NCBI RefSeq assembly: GCF_001194135.2
Contig: NC_068986.1
Location: 65,945,778-66,009,777 of the forward strand
Direction: 5' to 3'
DNA: 64,000 nucleotides
Source of the DNA: Octopus bimaculoides
Taxonomy: Eukaryota
Shown: in pieces, positions 1 to 14,269 of the stretch
Numbering within the stretch: position 1 is the first letter of the stretch
Layout: each line of letters starts with the position of its first letter
Notes under the pieces: model-generated
Databases searched by the model: none
Told to the model about the DNA's origin: nothing
The model's input: only the letters and a program-made list of their open reading frames with translations
Made by a program: the position numbers and the translations under genes

Positions 1-230
1 CGTGGTTTCGAGTTCAATCCCACTGCGTGCTAATATGGTAAACGGAAACTGTGTGAAAAGACGTTATTTGTATGTGTGTTCAGTAGTGGTTCAGTAAAAG
101 AGCGCGATGGAATAAGTACCAAACCTAAAAAATATTATTAACTACGTGGGTTAATTTATTCGGCTAAAACCCTTCAAGGCGGTGCTCCAGCTTGACCAAT
201 GGCTGAAACATGTATAAGAGATAAAAGAGA
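1..230 (+). mobile_element. Degenerate SINE family A copy (tRNA-derived, internal microsatellite)
   Basis: GTTCAATCCCACTGCGTG head remnant, GGAAACTG, AATAAGTACC and CCTTCAAGGCGGTGCTCCAG..GAAACA tail match the copies at 15486, 26111 and 57940. Confidence 0.7.
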
Positions 231-610
231 CAGTAGTGAAGTGCTGTGGTCGATATAATCAACAAACCTTGTCCACCAATCTCACTCACATGCGCATCTT
301 ATTACACGCACACATCGATGCGTATATATGCACGAATGCATAAATGAATGAATATAAGCGTGTGAGTGCGTGTATGCGTATTTCTGTATACGCATGCATG
401 TACGTGTGAAGGCATATGTGCGCATGACACCAGCACCACCAACATTTCTTCCAATCGCAGTGGAATTAATTTATCTCCGAAGATAACATTTGAATTTTCC
501 AATTATTTTCTAGTTATAATTTGAAAACACACACCAACAACAAATTGAAGATCTTTATCTTTATATTATAAATTACCTCACGTTGTACCTCGCTCACTCT
601 TTATCTCTTC

Positions 611-660
<50 letters not shown>

Positions 661-748
661 NNNNNNNNNNNNNNNNNNNNNNNNNNNNNNNNNNNNNNNN
701 NNNNNNNNNNNNNNNNNNNNNNNNNNNNNNNNNNNNNNNNNNNNNNTA

Positions 749-782
<34 letters not shown>

Positions 783-1009
783 CATATATATGCATATACT
801 TATATGCATGCGCATGTGAATATACATACATATGTACATGCTCATATATATATATATATATATGCTCATATACATCCACACACACATACATACATACATA
901 CATGCATGAATACATACATACATACATACATACATACATACATACATACATCCGTACATACATTGTAAGAGTAAAGTTTTTGAAACGAATAGAAAAATTC
1001 GAAGGAATG

Positions 1010-1075
1010 TGTTGATCCAGTGGTAGAGCGTCGGTCATGTTTATAGGAGATGTGTGTTCGAATCCCTAATATCGG
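1010..1075 (+). mobile_element. tRNA-derived fragment (SINE head or tRNA pseudogene)
   Basis: A-box-like CAGTGGTAGAGC and B-box GTTCGAATCC at tRNA spacing; no intact cloverleaf. Confidence 0.4.
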
Positions 1076-1469
1076 TAAGCTTTATTATAGCGTTATTTAG
1101 TTCGAGATACACCTTCCCAAGAATAATTATATATGTTTAATTATGTGGCTACAGAATTTCGTTCTTACGGGAATTGTAAAGTATGATTATTAAATTCAGT
1201 CTGTAAATGTTCTCTTACACAAACACGGATGAAGATTAAGAATTGAAAAACAACATTTTCTCCTTAACTAAAATGCTGAGGCATGGCAATATTCCTCACA
1301 TGTATGTATGGTACATGCATACATAGTGAAACAGGTTCAGATATAGATATATATGCATGCACTCATATCTGTGTGGGTGTGCGTGCGTGTATGAAAGTGC
1401 TTGTTACTATAAACACTTACGGAGTGGGAGTGGAATTTTTCACAGTGAATATTTCAGTATGTGTGTATA

Positions 1470-2347
1470 CAGGGTGCGATGAGTAAATTGGCGCTATTTT
1501 ACATTTTTAATTTCGCGCATGCGCATTGTTTGTTTTTGAGTTTGTCGACTATACAGTATAGTAAGGTCAGTTGGGCACCACCTGTGACAAAAACAGCACC
1601 ATGACGCAATTCACTCAGTCAGACATTTGGAAACGACATGCTGTACTGCTTAACATTCGCGCCGGAAGCTCCAATACGAACATTTCAGAGTGTTTGGGTG
1701 TCAATCTGAGCCCCAAAACATGTATGAGAGTGATAAAAATCAAACATCCAGTCAATATCATAGTCTTTCGGGTGATCACTAGTGATGGCGAGGTTATGAC
1801 TCCATTCATCTTCCCACACGGCCTCAGACTCAACACAGAGGCCTACATGAAGTGCCTGGAGGAGGTAATGATGGCCTGAATCAAGTGGGTGGCTGCTGGA
1901 AGACTCGATGTCTGGCAACAGGACTCTGCACCATGCCACACAAGAAGGAGAACCCAGTCATGGCTATCAGACAATTTCTTCGATCACACTAACCCTAACA
2001 TCTGGCCACCTAACTCCTCAGACTGCAGCCCACTTGATTATTATGTGTAGGGCACAGTTGAGCGAGAGACCAACAAAACCCCTTGTAACACCAAAGATGA
2101 AATGAGATCAAGGATTATGGCAGCATTCACCAACTTAAACAAGGAAACCGTCCAGAAGAGTTGCAGGAGATTCCGTAGCCGTCTGGAGGTCGTGGTTGAA
2201 GCCAATAGTGATTTTATTGAATAAATTAACTCTTTGATATTTCAAGATATTTTTATGTAATTTTGGTAAATATATCTGTTGAAATGAGATGTCAGTGTTA
2301 CTTTCATTTTTGCGTAATTTAGACAACAGTTTATTCACCTCATCCTG
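1470..2347 (+). mobile_element. Internally deleted Tc1/mariner transposon, maT (DD37D)-like
   Basis: TA-flanked TIRs (CAGGGTGCGATGAGTAAATTG / CAGTTTATTCACCTCATCCTG). Remnant motifs VITSDG..PFIFP, WQQDSAPCH and WPPNSSDCSPLDYYV, with stops and frameshifts. Confidence 0.85.
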
Positions 2348-2394
2348 TATATTCCTGGGTCACATGTCACAATGAGTATTGATTTCTCTGCCTT

Positions 2395-2452
<58 letters not shown>

Positions 2453-2683
2453 CTCTGTATATACATATATACATGTATGCTTGAATATATAACAACAACA
2501 ACAACAACAACAACAGCAACAACAACAATAATAATAATAATACCAAATTAAGTTTGCGGAATTCTTGACGTAGATCCAACGGAAAATACCCCAACTGCGA
2601 ATGACACCGGTAGCCCAAACCGTGCCAGTGCTTTACTCAACACATTAACACACTAATACACGTATACCCATTAGTCCAAAATA

Positions 2684-2716
<33 letters not shown>

Positions 2717-2718
<2 letters not shown>

Positions 2719-2825
2719 CGCAGACGTTACTGTGCGATAAGAAGCTTGCTTCGTAACCGCATTGTCCCGGACTCAGTCTCACTGCGTAGCACCTTGGGCA
2801 GGTGTGTTTTCCTATAGCCTCGAGC
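2717..2825 (+). mobile_element. SINE family A 5' fragment
   Basis: GGCGCAG..AAGAAGCTTGCTTC..CACTGCGTAGCACCTTGGGCAGGTG matches the family A head. Confidence 0.75.
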
Positions 2826-2886
2826 TATAGTAGAAGTGTCTTCTACTATATGTATAGTGCTCTATGTGTATATATACATACATATA

Positions 2887-2933
<47 letters not shown>

Positions 2934-3189
2934 TGTGGAGTTTTTATAACTCAAGTCAGAGGTGCAAGTGCGATGTGCCCAGGAATCTGATATTTCATCC
3001 CACCTCACACTTTTACCTTCTCAACCTCACATTTCCATTCTTACATTCATAGGAATAAGACAGCAATTATTTGCTCTCTCAGGGCTATTCTTTACAGGTG
3101 CTATTTTTCTTTTTATTTACTACAAGCTATTTGTGAAAAATTATTGACGCCGCCGCTTTTGGATTTACCTATAACTCAAGATGTCTGGA

Positions 3190-3360
3190 AAAAAGCCATC
3201 CAGTGGAAGTCAAGGCAATAGGTGGGGAAATGAACCGTAAAAGGATTACACTGGCTATTAAACCTGATTTTTTTAAGAAGCGGGTAGGAAAAAATCAGTC
3301 TCATTGCTACAACATTAACGCTTGCAACATCTACAGCAGGAACAATAGCTGACAACACAG
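3190..3360 (+). mobile_element. Possible pogo/Tigger N-terminal remnant
   Basis: RKRITLAIK..SLIATTLTLATSTAGTI resembles the Tigger HTH pattern; short and degenerate. Confidence 0.35.
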
Positions 3361-5444
3361 AAAAAAAGGAAATAAAGTTCTGAAGAAGTTACTCCGTTAA
3401 CTGCTTGAGCATTATTTTTTTACATAGATCTTGGACCTTATTTCTTCATGGATGCTTAAAATGGAACGGCTTATGTCTATCTGCAGGAAAAGGAAAGTGA
3501 GACCTCTCATGAAAATCTTTTATTTTATATCATTATATAGGACATGATCAACAAAATGTGAATAATTTATGTCAGATAATGGGCATAAAATATAGTTTAG
3601 CAGGGAGTGTATAAACATAAAAAGGGTGATGTTTCCTTATGCATATATATACGCCTTAAAGTTGGCAATATGATGCGCACCAATTTCCTGCTGAATAAGC
3701 TCCATATGACTGATAAATAATCCATAAACATTGTTATTATCCAAATTAGTGGTTATAATGTTGATGAGTAGAAGAAATTCTATCAAGACCAAGAAAAAAT
3801 AATTGGTGAACGCAACGGAAAGGGGTATACTTATAAGTCAAGATGATTGGAATATAAAGATTGGATCAAATACAGGAAAGAAACAGCTGATTAATATGGC
3901 TTGAAAAAAAAAGCAGAACAACAGGGGATGTGGGGATTATTTGAATTGCAAATAATTCTAGCAAAAATAATTATGGCAAAAAATAGAGGAGACAAACTAT
4001 CAAGAATAAGAGCATTGCATTCACCTAGAGGGAATATATAATAATCAATTGATTTCATTATCATCTTGACTAAAGATATCAACAAAATTGTAGTTAAAAC
4101 ACGACTTTTACCAAGTATAGTTATCATCGGTAATCACAATTTTTTTAATAATGACATTAAAAATTATTTTGGATTAAGAAGATCCAAAATACAACAATAA
4201 AATATGACCATGAAAAATTCAAAGATTCGAACATAAATTTAAAGCAAAAATAGACCGAAAATTGGCACCTTTTGCAAATATTCTAGAATTTACAGGAGCT
4301 TTTGAAGGAATCACAACTGACGAATTCTTGATAAAGGGATAAAAGCTAAAATTCCTTGGATAAATAAAGATGTTTTAATCAGTTGTGATGAAAGAAGAAA
4401 TCTGAAGCAGAGATAATATGGAAACAAAAGAGTAGCAACGGGATTTAGATTAACCAATAGGAATGTAAAAGGGATGTTAGGGCATCAAAAGATGCATGGA
4501 GTAACGAAAGATGAGAAATGTAATGTCAGGGAGTGAATATCTAAGGGAAAGTATAACAAATGGTTAAAGATCTCTGCAGACATCAAGTCGTTGAAGATAA
4601 ATAACTTGCTAACAAAGCAAATCAAATAGTAACTGATAGATGGAGAGAATATTGTAAGGACCTTTAGAGAAACAAAGTAGAGATAGACAGAAATGTGATA
4701 AAACAATTAAGAAAGGAAGTTCCTTTTAATATACAGCACGAGTTAGAAATCACAGCAGAAGAATTTGCAGAAGCAATTAGAAAACTAAAACGTAATAAAT
4801 CATCTGAAATACATGACATAAATGCAGAACTGTTCAAACAGGGAGGTGAATATGTCAGTGAGGTTCTTTGTAAAATCTGACAAAAAGTGTTTTACGTACT
4901 GGAGAATAGCCCAGTACGCATACAGAATCTATTATTATATCACTGTCAGGACACACCAAAAAGTGTGAGAACAGTTGAACAATTAGTTTAATTAGGCATC
5001 AAAGCAAGTTTTTACTATGTTTCATTTACTCGGATGACTCTAACAATAAAAAAGATATTTAGTGAAACATAGGCTGGTTTCCAAAAAGGCAAAAAAAACT
5101 GTCGAGTAGATTTTTGCGTAAATATTGCGGTAGAAAAATATTTGGAACACATGTTCGACCTTTACCTCAACTTCATTGATTCTAAAAAAAATCTTTTGAC
5201 GGTGTGCAGCACGGGGCATTATAGCTTATTAAGAAATTATAACATAAGAAGCTTAAATAACTGATTCAAACACGTAACGTCAGTCAAGGGCCAATTATTT
5301 CCCCAGACATTTTCAATGTGTTTTTAGTGACAGAATCCTTTGAGCGTTTTGAAAGAAATATTAAAGTAGTTGATAGAGAAATTGGTAATCCCCATTTTGT
5401 CGTTTATATTGATTTAATAGAATGAAATGAAGAATTTAGAAATC

Positions 5445-6722
5445 TAAGTTCTGTCCGAATTTTGAATAAAGAAAACAAGTGATCAAATGTTATATTTAAT
5501 TGAAATTTAATCATCAATGTACTTTCTCTGATTATCTATGACTTCCTTCCATCTATTTACAAGCTTTTTAATCCTATCAATGTAAAACTCTCTTGGCTTC
5601 AAAGCGAAGAACTCTGAAATGTCAGTTTCGAGTTTTTCCTGGCTTGCTAAAGTTATGTTCTATAAATGATTCTGTAAACTACGAAACAAATGGTAATGTG
5701 AAGGAGCAAGGTCGGGAGAATAAGATGGATGAGAGGAATTTTTTCCCAACCAAGCTCTTCAATCTTCTGTGATGTGATCTTTGCAGTGTGGGGTCACGCA
5801 TTGTCCTCATGAAACATCACTCCTTTTCAATTCACTAAAGCGGATCTTTTTTTCTTCAAAGCTTGGGTCAAATGCTCTAATTCCTGACAGTAGACTTGAG
5901 CATTGATTGTTGCATTAGGTGGTAACAATTCAAAGTGAATTACTCCTTTGCAATCCCACCAGATAGATAAAAGAATCCTTTACCCATGAAGTTCCCTTCT
6001 CGGTTGTGGTTGAGCTTTTTCCCTTTTACCAAGCCACTGTTTACGACGTTTAACATTTCGATAAAAGATCCATTTTTCGTCACCAGTCACAAGTCTATCC
6101 AAAAAGGGTGAAATAGGTTCGTGAGAATGGAGAGAAGAGCAGATGTCAACTCGAGATTTGCGGCTACTTTCGGACAATTCATGAGGCACCCATTTTCCAA
6201 GTTTAGGAACCTTTCCAAGTTGTTGAAGATGACGATGAACAGTTATATGGTTTGAACTAAGTTTTATTGCTAATTCTTCAACTGATAATGCAAGATTTTC
6301 TTCAAGTAATGCCTCAAAGAGCTTATCATCAAACTCAACTGCACGTCCTGTTCGATCTGCATCTTCAAGACTGAAATCTCCACTTCTGAATTTTGCAAAC
6401 CATCTTCTGCAAGTTTTTTTTCATTCAAGCATTCTTTCCCATAAACTGAGTGTATATTTCGAGTCGCTTCGGCTGCAGAGTTTCCTTTTTTTGTACTCAT
6501 AAAGCATTATGTGCCTCAAAAGCTCTTTGGATACTTCCATGTTAGAAAGGGTTTTAATCAAAGAAATTCTAATTCTATTATCCTGTAAAATAATATTTAA
6601 TTGGTTTAAATGTACACAAATGCATAAAAAAATTTTAATTCCATTAGACATTCTAAAATACTATTAAATTTCAGTCAATTTTAAGAAAGGTAAAATCAGA
6701 CAGAACTTATGGGACGACCTGC
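5445..6722 (-). mobile_element. Mariner transposon, near full length, pseudogenised
   Basis: MEVSKELLRHIMLYEYKK, PHELSE..RVDIC, LVTGDEKWIFY. TIR core TAAGTTCTGTC(C/T)GA at both ends; left TIR truncated. Confidence 0.9.
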
Positions 6723-7039
6723 TATCTTAATACAACTACAGAAAGGTATAGAGTTGAATTAAGCGCTGATGAAAGCAAAATTAATAATTGCTAAAAAAAA
6801 AAGGCAATTCAGTTGAAATAGCAGGGAAGATGCTCAAGCAATTTGATGAATTTGAATAAATGGGATAAACCATAACGGATGTGAAATGAAAGAAACAGAA
6901 CGGCGGATGCATCAATTACAGTGGCTTTATCGAAATTAGGCCCTGATTGAAAAAACATAAGATTACGATTAGAGAGACTCATTTTTTTTTAGGAACAAGA
7001 ATTATTCCAGCAATACTTTATGGGTTCGAATCATGGATG

Positions 7040-7158
7040 TTAGTTTCAAATCTTTTGGCACAAGGCCGGCAGTTTTGAGAAAGGGAATTAGTTGATTACA
7101 TTGACCCTAGTACTCAGCTGGTACTTATTTTATTGACCTCGAAAGGATGACAGCAAAG
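7040..7158 (-). mobile_element. SINE family B fragment
   Basis: Reverse complement of CATCCTTTCGAGGTCAATAAAATAAGTACCAG and GGCCTTGTGCC tail. Confidence 0.75.
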
Positions 7159-9350
7159 GATATTTAATACTAAAATGTCGGGAAACATCATAGCCTTTGA
7201 ACTGAAATGTTATAGGATGGTATTTAGCATTCCAATATGTATCGGACTAACGAGAATGTTAAAAGACACAGAAAAATGGTGGAAGGGCTGCAAATCAACC
7301 ACAAAATATTCTTTCAAAAGATGGAAAGTGAAGTGGTTTGGTCATCTAGCCTGGCACCATGTCACGTTTAACTTGATCGGACATGCTCATGCAGGAAGAA
7401 TCTTCCAAGAAAAGAAGCAATAAGAAAACCTCGATACAAGGTGCCAGTATCAAGAAATGGAACATGGAAGAATTTGAAAACGCAGGGCTCGTTAATGATC
7501 CACAAAGAGGGAGAAAGGCGCTGCGTTTTTTTTTTTCTGCGCACCTTCGTATTTTCAAGATTATGGATTTTGATTAATAACTAAATATGATTTTAGTATT
7601 CATTTGTAGATTCCTTGCCTCAGTTACTATTTTATGGCACAAATAACAAATATGTAGTGCCAACAAAATTTGGCCCCTTGATAAACCTTACTCACTACTA
7701 CAAGCACTAGCATCCTCGTAGCTTCAAGAACAACTGCAAATCGCATTGTTGTTTTTGCTTGTAGGTAGCAAATGTGGGTTTGCTGAGACCCAGATTATCC
7801 TGAATCAATCTTTCTCTTAAGGAAACCTGTTTTTGGTCCTATTTTTAGAGGCAGAATTTCTTCAATGTACAACAGCATCTGTTCGATGAGCAGACTAATA
7901 GCCACTTGCCCGAACCGTTTCGAATCAGGCGTTCGTTTCACTAAGAGTGACAGCTCTCACTTCTTCTGTGAGTACATATTTAGATGAAAATGGAGAACAT
8001 GATTCTAAACTCAACATGTACTTGTGTAGCGAAGAATGAGAGCCAGGCGAGCGCACTTGCCTTTGGATGATAGGGTATTCTTGGGTCTGTGGGACTCTCT
8101 AATTAACCCTTCGAAACTATCCCACCCTACCTCAATGGATAAATTTTCTGTTTGTTTCTTTATTTCATTTGATCGTTGTAAAGCCCTATTGTGTTACACT
8201 CCATTTGCTGTACTATCCCCAACGTCTTTGGATTGCACTGGATTGACAGAATTATTTCTTTACAATCTAAGTTCAAAATTCGCCGAAGACAACATTACTT
8301 TCATCCTCTTGAAATCAATAAAATAAAGAAACAGTCATGAATTGGACAATATAATCAGCCAAAGCCCTCACATCAAAATATCTTGCCTTGTATGTAAATT
8401 AAGACAATTAATATGGGGCGGGGATTAACTGTATCTTCCGACTCTTCTGAGTCCAATTTCCGGTAATTGTTACTACCTATTTATCTTTTGTATGGCCAAC
8501 AAATGGAGGGATATCGCGGCAAAAGGAAGAACCCTCTTTACGTATAAAGATAAGCTGAAGTAATCACTAAAATCTCTACAGTTTAACCTAACATCTTGGG
8601 AAAGTCATTGTCAAGATCGATGTGCATGGCGTAAAATGTGTCACAGTGCATCCAAACAATTTGAGTTGAAGGAAAAGAACAATAGAACTATATCCCGCAG
8701 TCAACGGACACACTTGCCCAATCCCAGTAAAAATCAAAATCATCAGTGTCCTCATTGGGATTTCATAGCAAAATTCATACCTGGACTGAAATTACATTCA
8801 AGCATCCACACAAATAGATGCAGCTTCTTAGTATGTTTTTTTTTCTATTACTCTCTTCAAATTTAAGTCCTCTCCTTCAAACACTCATACGTCGAAACCG
8901 ACGGGAGCGACCATCGTCATCTATCCATCTAGCTATCCACACACACACACACACACACACGCATATATATATATATATNNNNNNNNNNNNNNNNNNNNNN
9001 NNNNNNNNNNNNNNNNNNNNNNNNNNNNNNNNNNNNNNNNNNNNNNNNNNNNNNNNNNNNNNNNNNNNNTATATCAGTCATCATCATTATTCTCTACATC
9101 GGCATTTAGATACCGCTTTGCCCTTCGTACTTACATATCCGTAAAAATGCTACCAGTCGAATATTAAGGTTCAATTTAACCAACTGTCCGCTCGCTAGTA
9201 TGTATGGCTTTGTGACTACAGGAAAGAAATCGATGTTTTAAATGTTGCTGCCATTGTTTTCCTTCAGGCGGGAAAATGTCGAGGTTTCTAACTCACAAAG
9301 GAAGACATTGCTTAAAACTTTTACATTTACATCAAAAGGCGAAGAAGAAA

Positions 9351-9900
9351 CGTTGTTGTTGTTGTTGCTGTAGTCTTGTAGTTATTATTATAATTGTTAT
9401 TGTCATTCCAATAGTTCTTCATTGTTGTTGCTGTTGTTGTTATATTATCGATATTGTTGTAAATGTTGCAACCGTTGTTGTTGTTGTTGTTGTTGTTGTG
9501 GTTGTGGATGTTGTTGTTGTTGTTGTCAGCATCGTTGTTGCTTACTGTTTGATGTTTGATGTTTGATCTTTTATGATTATTTTTCTATTGTTTTATTTAT
9601 CATGTTATTCTATTTTTCCGTTTAGTTTTGTAACGTTGCCATTTTATCAACACTTTCTCCTTATATAGCGACATTGCATTATATAGCATCGAATACATCT
9701 AACACCAACAACAACAACAACAACAACAACAACACCATCAACAGTATCAACAGTAATTGTAAGAGCATCATATGTACATCTAAAACCATCACTACAACCA
9801 ACAGCAACAACGGATATTGCAATAGAATGAGACATAACTAGTACCAGCACCACCAACAGCAACAGCAGCAGCAATATCAGCAACAGCAGCAGCAACCGTC
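9351..9900. repeat. (GTT)n and (AAC)n/(AGC)n trinucleotide microsatellites
   Basis: Directly visible; explains the poly-V/poly-L ORFs. Confidence 0.9.
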
Positions 9901-10243
9901 ATTGTAATATAGCCAGAACAGTAGTAACAGCGGTGATACGCAACACTCGCATATTGTCAATGATGCAGTGAAGTTTTCACTGCGGAAAACAAAAAAACCG
10001 TTGTTTGGTTAGTCCGTGTTATGGTCCATTACTTCGTTGTCATAACGACGACACTGCTTAGAGCAACAGGTTTAGTAACACATAACGTTGTGTAGTTTCC
10101 AAAGTTGGCTGAAGTTGACAAGGATACCATGGTAAACAGTGATAGTTGCTATTGCAGATTTGGTTGCTTGGTGGGTTGGTGTGGGTTACTACATCACTTT
10201 GAATCTTTTAAGAAAACCTTTTTTCTTTATCTGGAAACGTGTT

Positions 10244-10283
<40 letters not shown>

Positions 10284-11612
10284 TCGTCGTCGTCGTCGTC
10301 GTTGTTATTAACCCTGGCCACTTTAATTTTTGTTGTCACACATTTATCTATTACGTACTTTCTATATTTTTAAGGAGATGTTGGTTGCTATTTCTATAAA
10401 ATTGAGCGACAACATAAGAGCTCTTATTGACTTGAGAAGAGACAAAATAATTGAGCTCTCGTGTGGACACAAGTGAAAATATTGTTAAGTTAGCTACGGA
10501 AGCTAGACGAACTTTGACTAGTATTCTTGTTTACCTCCTATCAATTGCAAAGCTCAAGTGAGACCTACAATGTAGTGTTACTATTATATCTGGGATGATG
10601 CTGTTACAACACTCACTAACATCTTATACCTATTCCAAAGATTGTCAGCAAATCGGTCGCTCTCCAACAAACTCCAGCCTTGAGCCTACAGATATGATGT
10701 CTCCCCGAGTTCTCTCTCATTTCCATCGCTCCAGCAGTAGCCTCTACTTCTCGGAGCTGGCTAGTTTCGAGCTACTTCTACGCAGGTATTTCTGACGCGC
10801 TCGTTTCTCCGCATCCAGTCAACCATATTGAATCCACCACCAGGCCTTGCACTAACTACTTTTGTCAGCTCTTTCTCCAATGACTATCTTTCATTTTGAT
10901 TACCCCGTCTGTCCTTGTTTTTCTTGCAATCATCGATTTACAACTGCTAAAAAGAAACATCAATCACAACTATCTCCCCAGTCTGAGAGGGATTGCAGCG
11001 GTCACGGGTATCATTCCTTTCTCCAAACAAAACCATTAAATAATAAAGAAGCCAAATCTCCCTTAAATCATCACTTATTATATTAAATAACGAATACGTT
11101 CTACAGTATAGTCTCTGATAAACACAAAAACATGATCGTCAGAGCTGGGGCATTTTTGATCATAGGTTTTCAGGGTCAGAACTGACCTGAGCTTGTTACT
11201 TGTCCAGAATGACGACAACTTATTGTCCTCATTCTAGACAAGAATACTTCAAATGTAATGGAGACGGCAGTTAACTACAACGTTCTCCAACATCTTGAAT
11301 TTCTTTCTCGCCTTAGATGTCACTAGTACGGCTTCTTTAAATCAGTTCCACAGGAAAACCACTTTCTTATGTCACCTACCAGTGGGTGGGTGGCATGTCT
11401 CTCGTTTTAGAGAAAATTGGTTAAAACATTGTTGTTGCCTTCAACATTGACAAAGTTTTCGGCCATGTCTGGCATGCGAATCTCCAACCAAAACTGCCTC
11501 ACGGAAGGCACCATCCATCCCTCTTCTCTAGAATATTGCTCTCTCTCTCTTGTCGCACACTGTATTAGCCATGGTGTGCGCCAGTGTTTGGGTTTGTCTT
11601 TCTCTCTATTAA

Positions 11613-11862
11613 CTATGATACTCTCATGGAATGTGACCAAATGAGGTTTATTTTTCAATATAGTTCCCCTTTCGGTCCACACACTTCTTCCGTCGGTGTT
11701 GCAGTGCTTGGATCCCATTGCCGAGGAAGCTTTCATCTTGTTGACCCCCAAAAGTCATCAACAACAGATATGACGTCATCATCACTGCAATACTGGTTCC
11801 TAGCCCGGTGTCTTTTCATGCTGGGGAACAAATGATAGTCAGATGGGGCTAAATCAGGAACA
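11613..11862 (-). mobile_element. Mariner transposase C-terminus and terminal sequence
   Basis: PDLAPSDYHLFPSMKRH..DDDVISVVDDF..CVDRKGNYIEK*. Confidence 0.85.
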
Positions 11863-11947
11863 GACACAACACAAAGACACACACACACACACAAAGATAT
11901 GTGTGTGTTTGCGTGTGTGTATGTGTGTGTGCGTGCGTGTGCGCATG

Positions 11948-12004
<57 letters not shown>

Positions 12005-12069
12005 AAGTTGGTATGTGAAAGCACGTGGTTGGATGTATAAAAGACAAAAAAGAGTGAAAAAACTACAGA

Positions 12070-12440
12070 AGGCAGAACCGAGAAAAACATCGTAGATGTG
12101 CGTGCAGCTGCGAGAGTAAATCGTCGAACCATCATCCTTGAGTTATCAGAGGATGTGCTAATTAGTTCAGTTCTGTCCATTATCACTGAAAATTTGGGTA
12201 TGAGACGCGTGTCTACCAAGTTTATGCCAAAACTGCTTTCAGCCGACCAAAAAACACTCGGGTTTCAGCTGCACAAGTTCTCCTTGATTGTGTCGAGAAC
12301 AATGAAAACTTTTTGAAAACTTTGTGTAAGCCTCTGAGCAGGTATCGCCAAGCTTTTGGCAATATTTGATACAAATCCTCTGCTCAACTTTCTTTGTCAT
12401 GGTCAATGCGACGATACACACAAAACAGTGCACACGCACA
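12070..12440. mobile_element. Two mariner segments joined in opposite orientation
   Basis: Plus strand: IITENLGMRRVSTKFMPKLLSADQK. Minus strand: MTKKVEQRICIKYCQKLGDTCSEAY. Confidence 0.8.
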
Positions 12441-12710
12441 ATATAGTTCAAGGTCAATCTGTGCATGCGTGTGTGTGTGTGTGNNNNNNNNNNNNNNNNN
12501 NNNNNNNNNNNNNNNNNNNNNNNNNNNNNNNNNNNNNNNNNNNNNNNNNNNNNNNNNNNNNNNNNNNNNNNNNNNNNNNNNNNNNNNNNNNNNNNNNNNN
12601 NNNGTGGTTGCGAAGCGAGCTCCTTAACCACGCAACCATGACATCACTTATTAAGGATTAACATCCATGAACCCCATCGATCTCTGAAGTTGCGAAGGCC
12701 ATGGATACTT

Positions 12711-12828
12711 GCCTCTTTCTCCAGACCAAAGTAAAAAGAAAGGAGTGCGCCAACTTATCAAAAGAAATGAAGAATTCCACCCAAAGGGTTAAATATTGCG
12801 AGCTATTACAAAAGTAATAGAGCAGCAG

Positions 12829-12873
<45 letters not shown>

Positions 12874-14269
12874 TTACTACACTCTGAACTCTAGCGATTA
12901 TATTCCATTATCTGATCGAGGTAACGAGTAAGGTCAGATATGAGATGAGAGATGTATGAGAGTATATAGAATGTCAGATAAGGTAAGCGAGATGACTGGC
13001 GAGAGAAACATAGAGAGTGGGGAGTGATGAGGCGTTTCCCTATTGAATTCTCTCTTCTCTTCCCCCTTTCATTGTCTCTCTCCTTCTCGCTTTCTCGCTC
13101 GCTTTTTTCGTTTAGTATATTGAAGGATAAAGAAAGGAAAATAATACGACACTTGTTGTTTAGCCCCCAAGGTCAACTTTAGTTGGGTAAACGTATGATC
13201 AAATATATTCAAACCATCATCAACTTGACTTCTATATTTCCAGTATATTTAAAATTGCATTATTCAACGTGACCTTCACTTGTTCAAGAGAATAGGATAC
13301 TGATTTGAAAGAGATTTGGCTGCTATTTTTACTGGTTAAATTGATAGCATCCATAGAGCAGTACTTAACTTCGGTTTTTATTAAGACGAATAGGACCCTA
13401 CCCATTGAATAGAATAGAGGAGAATGGAATAGGACCCTAGCAGAATAGGACCCTAACCATTGTTGGTAGAAGTTATTGATGTAGTGTTTTTTGTTTACCT
13501 CCGATTCAATCTTGATTGAGCAGATATATGACTTAAGGAACTCAAACCGCAAACGTTAGGTCTTACTTTTTCTTACCCAGTATACAAAGTGACAATACCA
13601 TTGGCATATAATATAAAACAGTAGGATGTTATTTAATGGGTATTTAGCTGCTATTTCCAGCAGTTCCGGCATTCTTGTCATCCCTTCCTCCACAGTTATC
13701 TTTTTACTTTTATCTTATACTTGCTTCAGTCATTTGACTGCGGCCATGCTAGGGCACCGCCTTGAAGAATTTTCGTCGAATGAATCGACCCCAGTATTTA
13801 TTTTTTAAAAGCCTGGTACTTATTCTTTCGGCTTTCTCTTTTGCCGAACCGCTATGTTACAGGAACGTGTACACACAAACACTGGTTGCCAAGCAGTGGT
13901 GGGTGACACGCACAGACACAAAGACGCACGCGCGCGTGCACACACTCAAACACACATTCTAGCCTCTTTCTCCAGACCCAAGTAAAAAGAAAGGAGTGCG
14001 CCAACTTATCAAAAGAAATGAAAAATTTCACCCAAAGGGTTAAATATTGCGAGCTATTACAAAAGTAATGGAGCAGCAACTACTATTACTACAACTACCC
14101 TTTGAACTCTAGTGATTATATTCCATTATCTGATCGAAGTAACGAGTAAGGTCAGATATGAGATGAGAGATGTATGAGAGTATATAGAATGTCAGATAAG
14201 ATATGCGAGATGACTGGCGAGAGAAACATAGAGAGTGGGGAGTGATGAGGTGTTTCCCTATTGAATTCT
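12711..14269 (+). repeat. Direct repeat pair of about 310-340 bp (12711-13051, 13962-14269)
   Basis: Near-identical from GCCTCTTTCTCCAGACC to CCCTATTGAATTCT; differ mainly in (TAC)n length. Confidence 0.95.
13706..13950 (-). mobile_element. SINE family A 3' half
   Basis: TTTCAGTCATTTGACTGCGGCCATGCT-type tail and TTTTGCCGAACCGCT. Confidence 0.85.

Larger units (their letters stand above)
3740..7560 (+). mobile_element. Decayed RTE-clade LINE interrupted by a mariner and a SINE
   Basis: APE motifs (DDWN.KIGS, HSPRG..NQ.DFII); RT motifs (EAIRKLKRNKS..INAELFKQGG, AGFQKG, NFIDSKKSFD); after 6722, LNTTTERYRVELSADESK, IAFELKCYR and KVKWFGHL. Confidence 0.85.

Noticed and set aside
8000-8790. LFIDFK motif on the minus strand suggesting an RT
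   Set aside because: A single short motif without supporting neighbours.
10600-11610. Coding-like or LTR-like sequence
   Set aside because: No diagnostic motif or paired terminus identified.
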